Assembly: GCF_020745735.1 (NCBI RefSeq)
Contig: NC_083409.1
Location: 18,682,341 to 18,746,340, forward strand
Reading direction: 5' to 3'
DNA: 64,000 nt
Source: Hemiscyllium ocellatum
Lineage: Eukaryota
The notes under the pieces were generated by a model. That model was not told the DNA's origin. It worked only from the letters and a program-made list of their open reading frames with translations, and made no database searches. Both the position numbers and the translations under genes were made by a program. Positions 60,721 to 64,000 of this stretch are shown in pieces (within the stretch, counting starts at the first letter, position 1; every line of letters starts with the position of its first letter).

Positions 60721-61014
60721 TCGAGGGAGCTGTAAAATGCTGCTGACAGTAATAGTCAGCGACATCCTCATTCTGAACGTTGCTGATTGTCAGGGTGTAA
60801 CTGGTCCCTGATCACTGCCGTGAATCGATCGGAGACTCCTGTGAATCGAGTTGGCTGCATTGTAGATCATGAGAGAGGGTTCTGACCTTTCTCGCTGCAG
60901 TACCAAGCAAGGTAGCTGCTAATGCTTTGACTGCCTTACAGTGATGGTTGCGGTCTGGCCCAGTCCCACTGACAGCACCGGGGGAGACTGGGTCATGATG
61001 ATGTCCCCACATAC
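60721..61014 (-). pseudogene. IGKV: Ig kappa-type V exon; frameshifted as assembled, possibly by sequencing error
   Basis: DIIMTQSPPVLSVGLGQTATI.C..SQSISSYLAWY...[34 protein letters not shown], needs several 1-2 nt indel corrections; acceptor cctcag. Confidence 0.93.
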
Positions 61015-61194
61015 CTGAGGGGTCAGAGAGAAACACAGTGAAGTCAGAACTGTCACACAAGAGCCTGTCAAAGAGAGATTTTGGAGACTCTGAGCATTCC
61101 TCTGGTTTCAGCATTTCCCCTTCAATCACAAGTCAGTGAATTGGAGTGAAATGGAGAGCAGCTAAAGATTCAAGTGGAAGAGAGAGATTTGTAC

Positions 61195-61244
61195 CTGCAA
61201 CACAGAATGCCAGGGCCAGATCAGCTGGATGTATGTGAAATCAT
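61195..61244 (-). pseudogene. IGKV: V-kappa leader exon
   Basis: ATG...MISH.IQLIWP.AFCVA then g|gtac donor; 50 nt, whereas 49 or 52 would be in phase. Confidence 0.85.
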
Positions 61245-61303
61245 GGTGTGTGCTCCTGTCCCTGTGCCTGGTCCTGATGAAACACTCCCTTCACTGGTTC
61301 TGC

Positions 61304-61356
61304 TTTATAAAGCTGCAGCCTGTGAGAGTCGACTGGGTGTTCCTCAGTATGTAAAT
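61304..61356 (-). promoter_or_regulatory. V promoter: TATA box and octamer variant
   Basis: TATAAA at 61304-61309; ATTTACAT (one mismatch to ATTTGCAT) at 61349-61356, ~105 bp upstream of the ATG. Confidence 0.65.
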
Positions 61357-61449
61357 GGCATCAGGCAGAGAGAGCCACGTCAGCCCCTCACACTTCCTCT
61401 TCTCTCTCCTCATCTCTCTCTCTCTCTCTCTGTCTCAGAGTCATTGATG

Positions 61450-62270
61450 TGAACAACATGAATGAGGCCATTTGGCCCATTGTGTCTGTGCTGGTAAACA
61501 GCGATCTGATGACACTAATCCCATCCTCCAGCTCTTGGCCCGTTACCCCTGGAGGTACAACAACACAAGGGAATATCTAAACACTGCTCCAATGTCACGA
61601 GAGTTTTGACTCAACCAGCCTTTCAGCAGTGAGTTCCAGACTCCCACCACCCTCTGGGTGAAAACATTCTTCTCAACTCTCCACCCCCACTCTCCAACTC
61701 GCCTGGCCATGGACTCACTCGTGTTCAGAACGATGAGAGGGGATCTGATTGAAACATATAAATTGTAACAGGGCTGGGCAGGGAGGAGGTTTCCCCTGGT
61801 TGGGGAGTCTGGAACCAGGGGACACAGGCTCAGGGGGATAGAGGGTAGACCATTTAGGACTGAGATGAGGAAACATTTCTTCACTCAGAGGTGGTCAACC
61901 TGTGGAATTCGCTACCACTGAAGGCTGTGGAGGACAAGGAACTGAATACATTCAAGAAACAAGAGAGAGATAATTGTTTTGCATTTTAACAGCTTGAAGA
62001 GAATGGGGAGAAGGCAGGAATATGGCTTTGAGAGAGAGGATCATCCATAGATCATAGAATGCCTACAGTGTGGAAACAGGCCATTTGGCCCGACAAGCCC
62101 ACACTGACCCTCGAAGAAATGATGACATTCAAAATTGATACAGCCATGATCATACTGAATGACAGAGCAGACTCAAAGGGCCGAATGGCCTACTGCTGCT
62201 CCAAGTTTCTACGTGTCCATGTCTGTGTTACCTTCAATCTCTGTAACAGGTTTTTAAGTCTTTTACTCAT
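61450..62270. mobile_element. CR1 3' fragments in both orientations
   Basis: KKCFLISVLN / VFTQRVVGVWNSL-type CR1 termini. Confidence 0.7.
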
Positions 62271-62449
62271 GTAAAAAGTGCCATCCTACCTACCCTGTCA
62301 CTGTTTCTGAATAATCTTATCCCTCTCTATCAGGTCCCTGTTAAGCCTTCACTGCTCAAAGCTCACATTCAGGCAGCATCCTGGGAAATCTCCCTGTACC
62401 CTCTCAGGTACAATCACATTCTTCCAGAGTGTGGTGACCAGGACCTGTC

Positions 62450-63170
62450 CCTCTCTCTCTCTGACTCACATCTGCCATTTCTTTCTCTCTACCTCTACCT
62501 CTCTCTCCACTGTTAATCTCTTTCATGTTCTCTCTCTCTCTCTCTCCCTCTCTCTCACACACACACACACACACTCTGTCTCATAGCCACTCTCTCCAAC
62601 TCACTGATGCTTTCTCACTCCATCTTATCATCTGTTTCTCCATCTCTCACTGTCTCTGTTACTCGCTCCTCTCTCACTTCAATTAAAAGCCTCCAATTGT
62701 TATCTGTCACTCTCTATTCCTCCTCTTTCTCTCTCCTTCCCTCTCGACCTCCCAATTTACAGTCTCTCTCCCTCTCTCTCTCTGTCATTATAAATCTACC
62801 CATACTCATCTCTCTCTCACACTCAACCCTACCCTCCCTCTCAACTCTCTTCATGCTTAGTCTCACACCCATCCTGTCTCTCACTCTCTCTCTCTCTCTC
62901 TCCTTGTCTCTTTCTCTCTCTCCATCCCTCTCAGTCACACTGTCTCACATCTTGTTTCACTCTCTATCCCTCAGCCTCACCATTTCTACCTCCCTCTAAC
63001 TCTCTCGGTCCCCTCACATATCTTACACCGTATCAGATGCTCGTCCCTCTATCTCTCTCTCTCACTTTCTTCCTTTCTTTCTCTCTCTCTCACTCACACA
63101 CACACACACACAGCACGCCCACACTCACTATTTTTCCCTCCATCTCTCTCTCTGCCTCACTGCTCTCTCT
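62450..63170. repeat. CT/CA-rich low-complexity tract
   Basis: Direct reading of the sequence. Confidence 0.9.
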
Positions 63171-64000
63171 TTCTGACAGTGTCCTGGGTGGTGACAGTTG
63201 AATGCAGGATAAATCTCCCTCTGCTCTGCTCCACTAATGGATGTTAACCCTTGACCCCTGTCTTCTTCTGGAGTAAGGCCCCATTTCCACGTTGACCAGG
63301 GTTTGGCCTCTCTCAGGAAGATGGACAGATTCTGGTCAAATGAAGTGCAGTTCTGTGCTGTTCTGTGCTGTTGGCCTATTCTCACTGGGGACTGGTTTGG
63401 ACACAAACTCATTCCATGAAGGCCCAGCAGAGAGAGGAGATCCTCAGATCATCAGTGTGAGTTGGAGGCACAGGACAAGCTCTGACCCACTGACCCATCC
63501 TGTCCATTCACAACATGTTCCAATCCCTTCCCCTCTCCTTCCCCTTCCATGGTCAGTCTTTTCTGAATGGAGTGGTCCCTTCCCTGTCTCACACCAAGGA
63601 GGAGATGGACAGATATTTAATGGGTAATGGGTTAAAGGATGATGGAGAGTGAGCAGGAAAGTGGAGTTGAGTCTGAGATGGGATCAGCCATGATTGTATT
63701 AAATGGTGGAGTGGGCTCGAGGGGCTGAATTGCCTGCTCCTGCTCCTAGTTCTTATGTTCCTCCACCCTCTCCCCCATCCCTCTTACTGCAACTTTGTGA
63801 ACATTCGTGGAATGTTTGGACATTGAACGAGTTATGTGAATTCAAGATTTGTGTGGATTTAATGTGGGGACAGAATTGCACACGGCTGTGATAGCTCCTG
63901 CGGTTGAATATCCTGCTGGCAGGCTTCCGCCTTCCATATACAGAATGGGAAGTGGGGGAGGTGGGAATGTACTGCTGGGGTACACGGCACTGTCCTCTAG

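Noticed and set aside
62607-62999. Ser/Leu-rich and Glu/Arg-rich ORFs
   Set aside because: Translations of CT/GA low-complexity sequence; the same applies at 4185-4505.

Overview
Repeat-rich vertebrate genomic DNA from an elasmobranch (HE1-type SINEs and CR1/HER1 LINEs; a carpet shark is an inference), covering part of an immunoglobulin kappa-type (nurse-shark NS4-like) light-chain multicluster region. Ig content: a C exon inactivated by a 22-bp deletion (17423-17729, +), an intact C exon (47068-47396, +), and a third, inverted cluster represented by a leader and V exon with a 12-RSS (60694-61244, -) plus a C 3'UTR (59800-60372, -); its J and C appear to lie in the 13-N gap. No J is visible anywhere in the window. 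The two C exons sit in a ~10-11 kb segmental duplication, and fragments of that unit recur in both orientations. The most striking signal is a decayed class I endogenous retrovirus (28088-~33150, -) whose env TM subunit aligns almost without gaps to Ebola virus GP2, including a Cys-bounded internal fusion loop. Also present: a multicopy reading frame with a CDR-like hypervariable patch, Penelope-like elements with minimal hammerhead ribozyme cores (two as palindromic double-ribozyme mini-elements), a separate retroviral RT fragment, a candidate solo LTR, MITEs and many CR1/SINE fragments. All alignments were done by eye; reference sequences are recalled, not searched.
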